A stretch of DNA of 27,530 nucleotides from a virus (taxonomy: Duplodnaviria; Caudoviricetes). The notes below the pieces were generated by a model that searched no databases, was not told the origin of the DNA, and saw nothing but the letters and a program-made list of their open reading frames with translations. The position numbers and the translations under genes are program-made. Location of the stretch: positions 1 to 27,530 of IMG/VR virus record IMGVR_UViG_3300012948_000017, one strand, 5' to 3'. Below, piece by piece: positions 16,391-25,318 of this stretch; the first letter of the stretch is position 1; each line of letters starts with the position of its first letter.

Positions 16391-17572
16391 TCACAGGAAC
16401 GCTAGGTATAGGTCGTCATCGCCGGACGTGCCGTAGCACCGGCCGTTGAGGTTTAGCGCCACGTCCCCGTCAAGGTCCTCCACGGGAACGTCCGGAATCC
16501 ACTTGGGCGCGGCTATGGCGACGATGGAACCGGGGACGGTCCCCAATTGGATCAAGGTGTCATAGGCCGTGAGGTCGTCCGCGGCGTCGTAATAGCCTTC
16601 AATCGTCCCGGTCTCGAGAAGTAGCGACGCCGAAAGGGTCACGTTGTAATGCCCGTTGTTGCCGGTGCGCTTGATGCCGGACGGCGTCAATTGGCATGAT
16701 TGGTTGTTGCGCTGTTCGATTCCGTTATCGGAAGAGAGGTCCAGTTTGGACAGGCAGTGTTTGTTACTGCCAATCCAGATATAGGACTTCGGCGGGACGA
16801 GGGGGACACCGGCCGTTACCGCCGTGGGTTCGGTCGTCGTATTTTCCACGATGACGTTCCCCTCGCCGTTGAAGGTGACGCCGGCCATGGGGACATCCGC
16901 GGACCAATCGCACGTCATTGACATTTGCCGCGCCACGCAACCGCCGGCCTTGTGCCTGAAGTTATTTCCGTTCAGGAATTCCCACAGGTGAAGGGTTTTC
17001 AATTGGCTTTGCGAAAACTTGTACGTGATGCCGGTGTAAACGGAACGGCCTAGCGCGGGGTTGGCGGTTAGGGCCCGGTCCATGGTGACGACATCGCCGG
17101 CAAGGTTCACGACACGCCGGACCTCGATCCCGTTCGTGGCGTCAACGTCAACGGCGATCAATTGCCCGATGGCCACGCCGGACGCGGCGCCGCCGCCCAC
17201 GGCAAGGTTGAGGGTCACGCCGGAGGACGCGGCGGCCGTGGTGGTGTGCGCGGTGCCCGTTAGCTTCTGGCCAAAGTGACCCTCATAGAACGGGTCCATA
17301 TCCGGCGGTGTCGGCGTGACGGCATTGCCGGACGGGACCACGTCCGCCTCGATAGTCCACGTGGAGGACTCACGGCCTCCCTGTGTCGTGGTAACGGACG
17401 GTTGCCGGCCGCTGTCTTGGTCCCGGTCCTGGCGCGCCTTGACCCGTTCAAACGGGTATTGCGTGTGACACTTGAACGCATCCGTTCCCGCCAACGCGCC
17501 CGGTGACGTGCCGTAAAGGCTTTCTAGCTGCGCGTAATGCGTGAAATCCTGTCCGAGGAAAGGTCCCGCCAT
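16391..17572 (-). CDS. Major tail tube protein
   Basis: Strong SD AGGAGG; position before the chaperones; N-terminal ESLYGTSP and C-terminal DDDLYLAF motifs. Confidence 0.8.
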   Translation of the reverse strand: MAGPFLGQDFTHYAQLESLYGTSPGALAGTDAFKCHTQYPFERVKARQDRDQDSGRQPSVTTTQGGRESSTWTIEADVVPSGNAVTPTPPDMDPFYEGHFGQKLTGTAHTTTAAASSGVTLNLAVGGGAASGVAIGQLIAVDVDATNGIEVRRVVNLAGDVVTMDRALTANPALGRSVYTGITYKFSQSQLKTLHLWEFLNGNNFRHKAGGCVARQMSMTCDWSADVPMAGVTFNGEGNVIVENTTTEPTAVTAGVPLVPPKSYIWIGSNKHCLSKLDLSSDNGIEQRNNQSCQLTPSGIKRTGNNGHYNVTLSASLLLETGTIEGYYDAADDLTAYDTLIQLGTVPGSIVAIAAPKWIPDVPVEDLDGDVALNLNGRCYGTSGDDDLYLAFL

Positions 17573-17584
17573 TTGTTATTCCTC

Positions 17585-17866
17585 CTACTTCCGGCGCGCG
17601 CCGGTTCGTTTCCGCGGCCTACCTCTTGCCCGGCGCGGCGGACCCGTCGCGCCCTCTTGTGGTTCGGCCTCGTCCTCGTCCCCGTTGTCGTCGTCGGCCG
17701 GTTCGGGGATGTCCTCCCCTTCCTCGGCCTCAACGCGGAACACGTCCGAGGCGGCTAGCTCGCCGGCCACGTCCGCCGGGACGACGGCCGGGGTGTCGTT
17801 CGTCGCAACGCCGAACGTCCCCACGTTGATGACGGCGCCAGGGGTGACGGTGTAGACACGTGCCAT
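17585..17866 (-). CDS. Small protein with acidic linker and AT-hook-like RGRPRK tail
   Basis: SD AGGAGG before ATG at 17866; MARVYTVTPG...DDDNGDEDEAE...RARGRPRKRTGARRK. Confidence 0.75.
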   Translation of the reverse strand: MARVYTVTPGAVINVGTFGVATNDTPAVVPADVAGELAASDVFRVEAEEGEDIPEPADDDNGDEDEAEPQEGATGPPRRARGRPRKRTGARRK

Positions 17867-17919
17867 GGGTCCTCCTATCGGCAGCGGCGGGACCTGGACG
17901 GCGTCGCCGCAGCACACGG

Positions 17920-18120
17920 CTAGCGCTTCCCCTCTAGCGGTTTCTCCATCCGGCGGAACGCATCGCGGGCGCGGTCGAAGGCCGCCGCTAGCGGGTCCTC
18001 CTGGCGGACGGCGTGGACGAGGTCCAGGAGGTCCGCGCGCCACTTGTCCGGACAGTCCCCCTCCGAGGCGAACGCCTCACACCACAACAGCAACCGCTCA
18101 ACCGCCGGGGAAAGGGTCAT
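17920..18120 (-). CDS. Hypothetical protein
   Basis: ATGA overlap with the upstream gene; MTLSPAVERLLLWCEAF... Confidence 0.6.
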   Translation of the reverse strand: MTLSPAVERLLLWCEAFASEGDCPDKWRADLLDLVHAVRQEDPLAAAFDRARDAFRRMEKPLEGKR

Positions 18121-18653
18121 GGCGTTTCGTGGCGGTAGTGGTAGGTCACGGCGAGGCGCACGAACGTCACGGCCCACCCCGGGATTTCCGTGTCTTGGTT
18201 GCCGTCCTCGCTTTCGGCCACGTCCACGTAGGACGACAGGCCGCCAAGGTGCGGGTCAGCACGCAAGGCCTTCTTTACGTCCCGTTGCATCCTTTCCTCG
18301 ACCGTCCACCGGGACGGCGGGTCCGTCTCGCCATTACTCGGCGGCGTGAACGGGGGAAGGACGTTGACGGGGTTTTCCGTCTGCGGGTTGTGGACCTTGC
18401 AAAGGGTCAAGGTCCAATAGGCGCGCCCGCGGATGATGCCTCCCGGCCCTAGCGAGGACCGCGGCCGTTCCTCTTTTCGGTCCGGCGTGAGGATATAGGT
18501 GGGGTCATAGTTGGCGTTCAGCATGTCCACCGTCACCACGTGCGAACGAACGACGGTGGCCGGGGTGTAGTTGTAATTAACCCCGTCCCCCACGATGGCG
18601 GACAAGGTGGCCACGATGGCGTCCGCGATGTCGTCCGGCCGTGATTCCGTCAT
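18117..18653 (-). CDS. Putative tail terminator/completion protein
   Basis: Position in the neck module; IADAIVATLSAI...DVKKALRADPHLGGL...LAVTYHY pattern. Confidence 0.7.
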   Translation of the reverse strand: MTESRPDDIADAIVATLSAIVGDGVNYNYTPATVVRSHVVTVDMLNANYDPTYILTPDRKEERPRSSLGPGGIIRGRAYWTLTLCKVHNPQTENPVNVLPPFTPPSNGETDPPSRWTVEERMQRDVKKALRADPHLGGLSSYVDVAESEDGNQDTEIPGWAVTFVRLAVTYHYRHETP

Positions 18654-19192
18654 GCGGTTTTTCCTCGGCCGAGGACCCGCGCCAGTTCCTTTGTTAGTTC
18701 CTCTTGGAGGCGTCCGGCCCGTCTCTGCGCGGCCTCCCGCAGGAACGGTGTCGCCGGCATCATTCCGCCGGGGTGGATGACGTAACGGGCAAAGACCAAA
18801 TCGCCGCCGAACCCGAACCCGCCCTTGACCCCGAACGCTAGGACGCCGGCACGGCCTCGCGGTCCGGATTTCTTCGGACGGATGACGTGGCCGCCAAGCT
18901 TCCCGCCTAACTCTTGGAATGCGGCTAGGCCTTTGACGACGACGGGATACTCAATGACGCCGGACGGAAGGACCCGAAGCTTTCCCCGAAAGATCAGTTT
19001 TCGGAGGCCGCTAGGCTTGCTCCCAAAAATCCGCCGGATGACCCCACGCTTTCGCGCCAAGGCCTGGGCCGTCCCCGCAACCGCGGCGGCCGTCCGGCTT
19101 AGCGCGCGGACCTCGGCCGCCCGGATATTCCGCGGCGTGGTGGCCAACCAACCCTTTAGGTCGTCGGCGGCGAATTCGAATTCAAACGGCAT
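18650..19192 (-). CDS. HK97 gp10-like neck/tail-completion protein
   Basis: Basic protein with FQELGG and VIHPGGMMPATPFLREA motifs; TGATG-coupled start at 19192. Confidence 0.75.
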   Translation of the reverse strand: MPFEFEFAADDLKGWLATTPRNIRAAEVRALSRTAAAVAGTAQALARKRGVIRRIFGSKPSGLRKLIFRGKLRVLPSGVIEYPVVVKGLAAFQELGGKLGGHVIRPKKSGPRGRAGVLAFGVKGGFGFGGDLVFARYVIHPGGMMPATPFLREAAQRRAGRLQEELTKELARVLGRGKTA

Positions 19193-19854
19193 CACGCCGC
19201 CTTTTCCCACGTGCGATGAAATTCCCGCCGCACGTAACGCTGTAGGTCCTTTTCAATTTCGGGGGTGAACTGGCCCAGGAACCGCGTCACGGATCCCATG
19301 GCATCCGTCACGGCGGACACTCCCCAACGCTGCCGGTCGGATTCCTTGTAGATGGAGGCCGCGCCGAAGAGGCATGCTTTCTTGAGGTCGTAGGGGACGG
19401 CCGCCGCCGTGGCCGGTTGACCGTTCTGTCCCTTGTAACCGGCGGCGTAGACGACGCGGACAATCCGGCTACCCGTCCTCCACGGCATCGGGCCGCCGGT
19501 CGCTAGGCGGCGGACCCACCCCTCCGCGGTCCCTAGCTCGTAGTCCGTTCCCTCCGCCAACAGGGATTCCGTGCCGTAGCTGCGCGGCCAATCGGGGTCC
19601 TCGTGAACGGTGGTGATGGTGACGATTGGCCATTCGGACAACCACAATTCGTAGTAGTTGTCGCGCACGCCTAACGAATGAAATTCGGTGAACGCGCCGC
19701 GGGAAACTAGCTGCCGGCCCGTCCGTCCCTCTATTAGGGCCGTGGCCTCGTTCAGGGCTTGATTCATGTTTTCGTCAAAGGTGGAACCCTGAACGTTCCC
19801 CATGTAGGCCTTTAGCTCGGCCAACGAAGCGAGGGACCAATTTTCCAAAGCCAT
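19192..19854 (-). CDS. Head-tail connector/adaptor (HK97 gp6 / SPP1 gp15-like, long form)
   Basis: LASLAELKAYM...ATALIEGRTGRQL...VRVVYAAGY...VPYDLKKACL. Confidence 0.85.
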   Translation of the reverse strand: MALENWSLASLAELKAYMGNVQGSTFDENMNQALNEATALIEGRTGRQLVSRGAFTEFHSLGVRDNYYELWLSEWPIVTITTVHEDPDWPRSYGTESLLAEGTDYELGTAEGWVRRLATGGPMPWRTGSRIVRVVYAAGYKGQNGQPATAAAVPYDLKKACLFGAASIYKESDRQRWGVSAVTDAMGSVTRFLGQFTPEIEKDLQRYVRREFHRTWEKAA

Positions 19855-20045
19855 TAGCGGCGGCCTCGCGGGGGACGGCTAACGCCGGTTTCTTTGCCGT
19901 CCAGTTCCGTCCGTTCCGGCGACGGCGCGCGCATGTATTCCGCCGCGCCCTCCTCCACCAACGCGCGCGCGCGGCGAGGCGTGATGTTGACGACGGACCC
20001 GAACGCGTATCCGGGGGTGTGACGGAGGATGCGGACAAGGACCAC
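19854..20045 (-). CDS. Small hypothetical protein following the capsid gene
   Basis: GTG at 20045 with SD GAGG; MVLVRILRHTPGYAFGSVVNITPRRARALVEEGAAEY. Confidence 0.7.
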   Translation of the reverse strand: MVLVRILRHTPGYAFGSVVNITPRRARALVEEGAAEYMRAPSPERTELDGKETGVSRPPRGRR

Positions 20046-20115
20046 GGCGAAACCTCTAGGGCGGGTCACCCGGGGGACGCGTCCCGAACCACGTTCCCCG
20101 GGGACCCGGAATGGC

Positions 20116-21384
20116 TTAGGCCAGGCGGAGATACTTGACGGCCGTGGTGTCGATAAGGTCCGCGTCCGACCGTTGGAAGGCCAGGAACACAACCTGATGG
20201 TTGAGGACCCGCAGTTCATCCGCCCGCAGGAAAATCACCGGCCCGCTATCCCTGATGACGTAATTCTTGTAATCGCCAAACAAGACGATTCGGTTGGCCG
20301 TGGCCAGCGTGGAAGCCATGTCGTTGTTTATGTAGACCGGTTTGCCCAAGAGGCTATCCGGCTGGCCAACCTGCGTGGACATTTCCCACAGGTAACGGTT
20401 TTGGGAGTCCTTCAGTTTGCGGATGACGGCCGCAATGGCGTCGTTCATCATGAACCCCACGCCGGGCCGGCCGCGGTAGGCGATATCAACGCTGTGCTGT
20501 AGGTCAATCAATTCGTCGAAGGTGACGGCGTTTGTGGCCGCCGCCGTCTTGCCCAACGAGGCCGCCGTGGCAACGCCGTTGGGTTGGCCGGTGTTGTTCC
20601 CCGTGGTGAAGTGGGTATTTTGGATTCGGCCGATACGCGTTCCCAACGCGCCGCCGAGGTATGCGGCGATGTTGATGAAACTGTCCTGGAGTAGTTCAAC
20701 GCTCACGATCACGGCCTTCGAGGAATATTTGTAGGACTGGAGGACGACCTGGCCGAACGTGGGGTCAACCGTTGTGGTAACGGCGTTCGCCTCGGCGATG
20801 ATCTCGCCCGTGTTCGCCGTATCGTTGACCGTGGGGACCGGGAGGTCCGCGCCCGTCCCCGTCTGCCACACGGTGGCCACCGAACGGACGGCGCCGAAAT
20901 ACTTCTGTAGTTCCCAAAAGGCGCGCATCATTTCATCCGGGACGGAGTAGCCTCCGGCGTCCGTGGTCCCCACGGAAAGGGCGCGCGCCTCCACCGTCTT
21001 TCGGGCAGCGTTGAAGGTGTGGCGATGGCAGGCCGCCAGCATGCGGTCACGGAACGCGGCGTCCGGGATTGCTTCGAGGTCCCCGGCCAGGGTCCACGCG
21101 CGGAGGATCAACTCGCGGTCCGCCTTGGGATCATTGACGGCAAGGTCCGTGTCCGTCTTTCGACCGCGGGTTGTGGCCAGTTCCGCAAGGGCGCGGTCCT
21201 CGGCCTCCTGGGTTGCGATGCGGTCCGCCGTGGCCTTTAGCTCACCGATGCGCTTGTGGATGTCGTCAAAGGTGACTTGTTCCTCGGCGGAGAGGTTCCG
21301 CTTTGCGGCCTTCGCGCCGTCAAGGATGGCCTGCGCATCCGCGGCAAGCTTATGCCGCTGTTCGTACAGTTCCTGTGGGGTCAT
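20116..21384 (-). CDS. Major capsid protein, HK97 family, with N-terminal delta domain
   Basis: ALSVGTTDAGGYSVPDE, VSVELLQDS, GNNTGQPNG, PDSLLGKPV, LFGDYKNYVIRD. Confidence 0.97.
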   Translation of the reverse strand: MTPQELYEQRHKLAADAQAILDGAKAAKRNLSAEEQVTFDDIHKRIGELKATADRIATQEAEDRALAELATTRGRKTDTDLAVNDPKADRELILRAWTLAGDLEAIPDAAFRDRMLAACHRHTFNAARKTVEARALSVGTTDAGGYSVPDEMMRAFWELQKYFGAVRSVATVWQTGTGADLPVPTVNDTANTGEIIAEANAVTTTVDPTFGQVVLQSYKYSSKAVIVSVELLQDSFINIAAYLGGALGTRIGRIQNTHFTTGNNTGQPNGVATAASLGKTAAATNAVTFDELIDLQHSVDIAYRGRPGVGFMMNDAIAAVIRKLKDSQNRYLWEMSTQVGQPDSLLGKPVYINNDMASTLATANRIVLFGDYKNYVIRDSGPVIFLRADELRVLNHQVVFLAFQRSDADLIDTTAVKYLRLA

Positions 21385-21490
21385 CGTCGCGCCTCCCGTT
21401 CGGCTTCACCGGAGGCGCGGAAACTAGAAACCGGGCGCGTTCCCCGGTGAAGGGACGTTCCTTCACCAACGGAACCCCGCCCGGTTAAAC
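21385..21490 (-). promoter_or_regulatory. Structured leader of the capsid gene with an SD-sequestering hairpin
   Basis: Inverted repeats 21388-21396/21411-21419 (covers the SD), 21429-21437/21478-21486 and 21446-21453/21460-21467. Confidence 0.55.
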
Positions 21491-21562
21491 GCGCGTGGGC
21501 CGTAATGACGCGGTATCAGAACGGAGGCGTTTAGACGCCGGTTCGAATCCGCGGATTAGTCG

Positions 21563-22120
21563 TCAACGCGCAGTGTGCGCGGCTACCTCTTGGGATGTCA
21601 AGGACAATCTGGCCGGCTTAATGGCCTCCAACACAAACCAAAACCGTTCCTCGTCCTCCTGGACGTTGACGGGTTCGAAGTCCCCCCGATAGCAATACCG
21701 AAAGTCCGACATTGGCGTTTTCCCAACCTGCCGCACGTACTCTTGTTGGTTGAGAAATACCAACGTGCCGGAGGTAAGGACGCGCCGGTGGGACGGGTCC
21801 CCCCATGCCCACATGGAACGCCAGGACGGGCACGTGGCCGCGAACGCGCCGGACGGCCGCAACACCCGGTGGATTTCCTCGAACAACCGGAAAAAGGACC
21901 GGTAGTCCCCTTGTTGGCCTAGATGCTCAATGACCTCGTAAGCGTGGACCTCATCGAAAAGGGAATCGGGGAACGGCCAGGGAAAAACCTCTAGGTCGTG
22001 GACAACGTCCGGGTTGTGGTTGGCGTTGTTGTCTACGGTTACGAGGTCGTCCCATTCCTCCCGGTGGTTGATGGCGATACGCCGGTCCCGGCGCGCGCCA
22101 CACCCCATTAATAGCTCCAC
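21563..22120 (-). CDS. Class I SAM-dependent methyltransferase (Methyltransf_11-like)
   Basis: LLMGCG motif I, VTVD, PDVVHDLEVFPWPFPDSLFDEVHAYEVIEHL, EIHRVLRPSG, AWGDPSH. Confidence 0.88.
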   Translation of the reverse strand: MELLMGCGARRDRRIAINHREEWDDLVTVDNNANHNPDVVHDLEVFPWPFPDSLFDEVHAYEVIEHLGQQGDYRSFFRLFEEIHRVLRPSGAFAATCPSWRSMWAWGDPSHRRVLTSGTLVFLNQQEYVRQVGKTPMSDFRYCYRGDFEPVNVQEDEERFWFVLEAIKPARLSLTSQEVAAHTAR

Positions 22121-22123
22121 GGG

Positions 22124-22756
22124 CTAGTCCGCCTCCGCCAACCGTTGCCGCAGTTCGTTCAACTCGAATGGCGTATCGCTCATGGCCGCCGCCTTGCGGA
22201 CCGCGGCGGCCAGTTCCCGGAAATTGTTCGCCCGTTCCATCGCGCGGGCGGACACCTCCGTTTGCGGGTAGGCCGGATAAGCCACGGGGGACACGTCCAG
22301 GAGGTCCACGTCCTTGACGGTCCGCGTGATGGTGTCCCCTTCCTCGTCCCATTCGTCGCCGCCCATCGGGACCCGGAAGGCAAACGACATCCCCGAAATG
22401 TCCCCGCGCCGGATGGACTCGAAAAGATCCCGGGCCATTTGCGTGTCCGGCGGGTAAATGGTTGCCTGTAGGCCGTGGTCATCCGCCTCTAGGTCCAGGG
22501 TGTCCGCCGTCGTCCGGCCAAGGACGAGGTCCGGGTTGTGGTTGAACAACGCGCGGACATCCTGCTTTTCCTTTAGGGCCCGGTCGAAGGCCTCCGGCGC
22601 GATGATCTCTCGGAACCCGCCAAGGTCCTCCGATTCCACGCCGAACACCGCGGCATAGCCTTGAATGACCTTGCCCTTTTTCTTTCCCTTGGCGTCGTCC
22701 TCGGTGACCTCCCGGATTTCGCAGGGACCAAACGTCCGGCGTTCAATGTCCCCCAT
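22124..22756 (-). CDS. HK97-family prohead maturation protease
   Basis: IQGYAAVF, FREIIAPEAF, ALFNHN, LGRT, GDISGMSFAF, DVSPVAYPAY. Confidence 0.96.
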   Translation of the reverse strand: MGDIERRTFGPCEIREVTEDDAKGKKKGKVIQGYAAVFGVESEDLGGFREIIAPEAFDRALKEKQDVRALFNHNPDLVLGRTTADTLDLEADDHGLQATIYPPDTQMARDLFESIRRGDISGMSFAFRVPMGGDEWDEEGDTITRTVKDVDLLDVSPVAYPAYPQTEVSARAMERANNFRELAAAVRKAAAMSDTPFELNELRQRLAEAD

Positions 22757-22769
22757 GATTCCCTCCCCT

Positions 22770-24545
22770 TCAGGCCGCGCCGATGGCGTCCGCTAGCTCC
22801 ATCGGCCGCGACGTTTCCCACCGGGTGACCAACCATTCGGCCTGTGCCTCTAGCTCACGGGCCGGCAAAGACCCCAAGGCGTCCCTGGACTGCCGCAGAT
22901 AATCCGCCGCCAACACCCCCGCGACCTGGACGGCGTCCCCACCGGCCCCCTTCGAAGCCATGACCAACCCCACGGCCGGCGCCAGCACACCCGTTAGGTG
23001 CCCGCGTTCCTTGGCGTAAAACACCGCGCGCCATTCCTCGAACCTCTCCGGACCTAGCTTTGAGGCGCGCCGCACGTGGAACGCTTCCCGCCGCACGTAG
23101 CGCGCGGCCACGTCCAAGAGTAGCGTCCGCCTTGCCCTGGCCCCGCGTTCGTCCTCGGCCGGCGGTAGCGCGTTCCCCTCCGGCGGTTGATCCTGCGGCG
23201 GCGCATCCGGCGCGGACCCATCCCCGGGCGGCGGCGGCGCCGGTTCCTTTTCCGGCGGTTGCACCGTCACCGGCGGGAGGCCGATATGTTTGATGGGCGG
23301 GAGGCCTAGCGCCTTTAGTGATTCCTCCGGATCAAACCCGGCCCGGATCAATTGGCCGGCTTGCTCGATTCGTTCGGCCATCCCGGCCGGCCGCGGATCC
23401 GGCGGCGGGAGGTTTTCCTGTTGCGCGATGGTGGCCGCGTCCAACACCCCCATGTCGAAGTAGGCGCGTTGTACCTCGGACCGTGTCTTGGCGTCCGGCC
23501 GCAGTAACGCCGCCGTCAGGTGTTCCACGTAGTAGGTGGAACGTTGGGACGATGAGATTAACTTGCGGTTGCACTCTTGCTCAATCGTCACCAACCACGG
23601 CATGAGGGTATCCGTCAGGAATTCCGTTTGACTGGCCTCGATGTTCCCGCCGGGCCGTTCCCCAACCTTGTGCTTTAGTTTGTGCGGGGGGAGATTGAAC
23701 CATCGCGCGATTTCCACAACCTGATGTTCGCGTGTCTCCAAAAACTGCGCGTCCTCCGGCGGGATCCCGATTTTGTTGACCTTGATGCCTTCCTCTACAA
23801 CTTGGGGTCCTAGCGCTTTCGCGCCCTCGCTATCCCGCCGCCATGACACTTTCAACCGCGCCAAGGCCTCCGGCGAAATCTTCCCGGGATGTTCAAGGAC
23901 CACGCCGGGATAGGCGCCGTTACCGAAAAAGGCGGAACCGAATTGCTGGGCCGCAAGGCCTAGGCCGATGGACTCGCGCGCCATCCCCACGACGGAGTAA
24001 CCCTGGACGCCGTCAAACCCCATCCCCGGGATATGTAGGACATCCTCCGCCTCCAACCGGCGGGAACCCTTGTAGCGATACCAGAGGCGATAGCTGATGG
24101 TCCCGTCCTTCTGGACCTCCCGGTCCGTGACCGGTTCGATTAGGTCCGGCGTAATCGGCCACAACCCGACGGGCCGCAAGGATCGATCAAACTCGATTTC
24201 GGCGTACCCGTTCCCCCACGTTAGCGCGTGGGTCATGATCGTTTGCCAGAATTGGAAATTGGTTTCTAGCGGGTTGGGGTCGTCGTGGATGATCTTGTAG
24301 GCCGGATGGGTCGTGGCGCGTTCGCGTTCGTTGTCGTCGTTCCGCCGGTAGAGGAACCGCGGCAACGTCGCCACTTGGGACGAAATGATATAGACGGCAT
24401 TCCAAAAGGCGGCGTAGGTCAACGCCGTGGAGGTCGTCACCGTGATTCCGGACACGGACGGCGACGCCAAAAGGCTTAGCTGTGGGAAGTCCGAAAGGCT
24501 AATGCTCCGTTGCCACACCTTCCGCAGACGACCCCATAGGGACAT
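22770..24545 (-). CDS. HK97-family portal protein with C-terminal extension
   Basis: PNPLETNFQFW, WGNGYAEI, DVLHIPGMGFDGVQGYS, FFGNGAYPG, PEDAQFLETR, EIARWFNLPPH; ATG at 24545 with SD GGAGGG. Confidence 0.96.
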   Translation of the reverse strand: MSLWGRLRKVWQRSISLSDFPQLSLLASPSVSGITVTTSTALTYAAFWNAVYIISSQVATLPRFLYRRNDDNERERATTHPAYKIIHDDPNPLETNFQFWQTIMTHALTWGNGYAEIEFDRSLRPVGLWPITPDLIEPVTDREVQKDGTISYRLWYRYKGSRRLEAEDVLHIPGMGFDGVQGYSVVGMARESIGLGLAAQQFGSAFFGNGAYPGVVLEHPGKISPEALARLKVSWRRDSEGAKALGPQVVEEGIKVNKIGIPPEDAQFLETREHQVVEIARWFNLPPHKLKHKVGERPGGNIEASQTEFLTDTLMPWLVTIEQECNRKLISSSQRSTYYVEHLTAALLRPDAKTRSEVQRAYFDMGVLDAATIAQQENLPPPDPRPAGMAERIEQAGQLIRAGFDPEESLKALGLPPIKHIGLPPVTVQPPEKEPAPPPPGDGSAPDAPPQDQPPEGNALPPAEDERGARARRTLLLDVAARYVRREAFHVRRASKLGPERFEEWRAVFYAKERGHLTGVLAPAVGLVMASKGAGGDAVQVAGVLAADYLRQSRDALGSLPARELEAQAEWLVTRWETSRPMELADAIGAA

Positions 24546-24547
24546 GG

Positions 24548-25318
24548 TTATCCCTCCGCCACCAGTTCCCCCATTCCGGAATCGAACAAGGCCGGTTCCG
24601 TTGCGTGGGAGTAGTCCTCGGAATACGGCGTCACTTTGTGGTGTTTGAGGCCGGGGACGCGGGCCGTGTAGATGCTGAACCCGGCCCGCTTCGCCCGGAT
24701 GCAAAACGCGATGTCCTCACCAATCGCGCGGAATTTGAAGTCCGGCGGCGGCGTCCCCACCGGCGAGGCCGGCAGATACATATGATGAAACCAGCATTGG
24801 CCGTGTTCAGCGGCAATGGTTTCGAATACCTCCCGGTGACAGAGGAACACCGCGGTTGCTACCGCGTCGCATTCCACTAGGTCCACGTCATGCGGCATCG
24901 CCGGCAGGCATTCCCATACGCCGGGGTCCTCCGTCCGCCGGAACGCCACCGTTGGGTAGGCCGTCCCCAGGGGGACGTTGGCCGCGATGACGCGCCGGTC
25001 CTTGTCCGCGAACCCCAGGACCTGGCCCAACAATTCCGGTTGGAATTCAATGTCCGTGTCCACCATCAGCAACCAATCGGCATCCGTCTTTAGGAACCGC
25101 TCCACGATTAGTTGACGGTTGTCCCCCACGTAGAGGCCGGAGGCGTGGAACACCCGCGTTAGTAAACGGTCCCGGTCGGACTTCGCCGATTCGTGCCACA
25201 GCAACCGCAGGACGGAGGCATGGAACGGGACGGTGACGGACCCGCCGCAGGGATAGCCAAGGACGACCTTGCGCGAGGTGTCCCGGATCAACCGCGCCGC
25301 CACGCGTAGGGGTTTCAC
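24548..25318 (-). CDS. GT-A fold glycosyltransferase-like protein
   Basis: NRQLIVERFLKTDADWLLMVDTDIEF (DxD motif), ECDAVATAVFLCHREVFE, GEDIAFCIRAKRAGFSIY, LKHHK. Confidence 0.85.
   Translation of the reverse strand: MKPLRVAARLIRDTSRKVVLGYPCGGSVTVPFHASVLRLLWHESAKSDRDRLLTRVFHASGLYVGDNRQLIVERFLKTDADWLLMVDTDIEFQPELLGQVLGFADKDRRVIAANVPLGTAYPTVAFRRTEDPGVWECLPAMPHDVDLVECDAVATAVFLCHREVFETIAAEHGQCWFHHMYLPASPVGTPPPDFKFRAIGEDIAFCIRAKRAGFSIYTARVPGLKHHKVTPYSEDYSHATEPALFDSGMGELVAEG

Noticed and set aside
21480-21560. tRNA-like T-loop GGTTCGAATCC at 21540-21550 on the plus strand
   Set aside because: The T-stem is imperfect, and I could not build acceptor, D or anticodon arms or find a CCA end; it is also antisense to the late operon.
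21563-22120. DNA methyltransferase of a restriction-modification type
   Set aside because: No DPPY/NPPY or PC/ENV motifs; size and motifs fit small-molecule or glycan methyltransferases.
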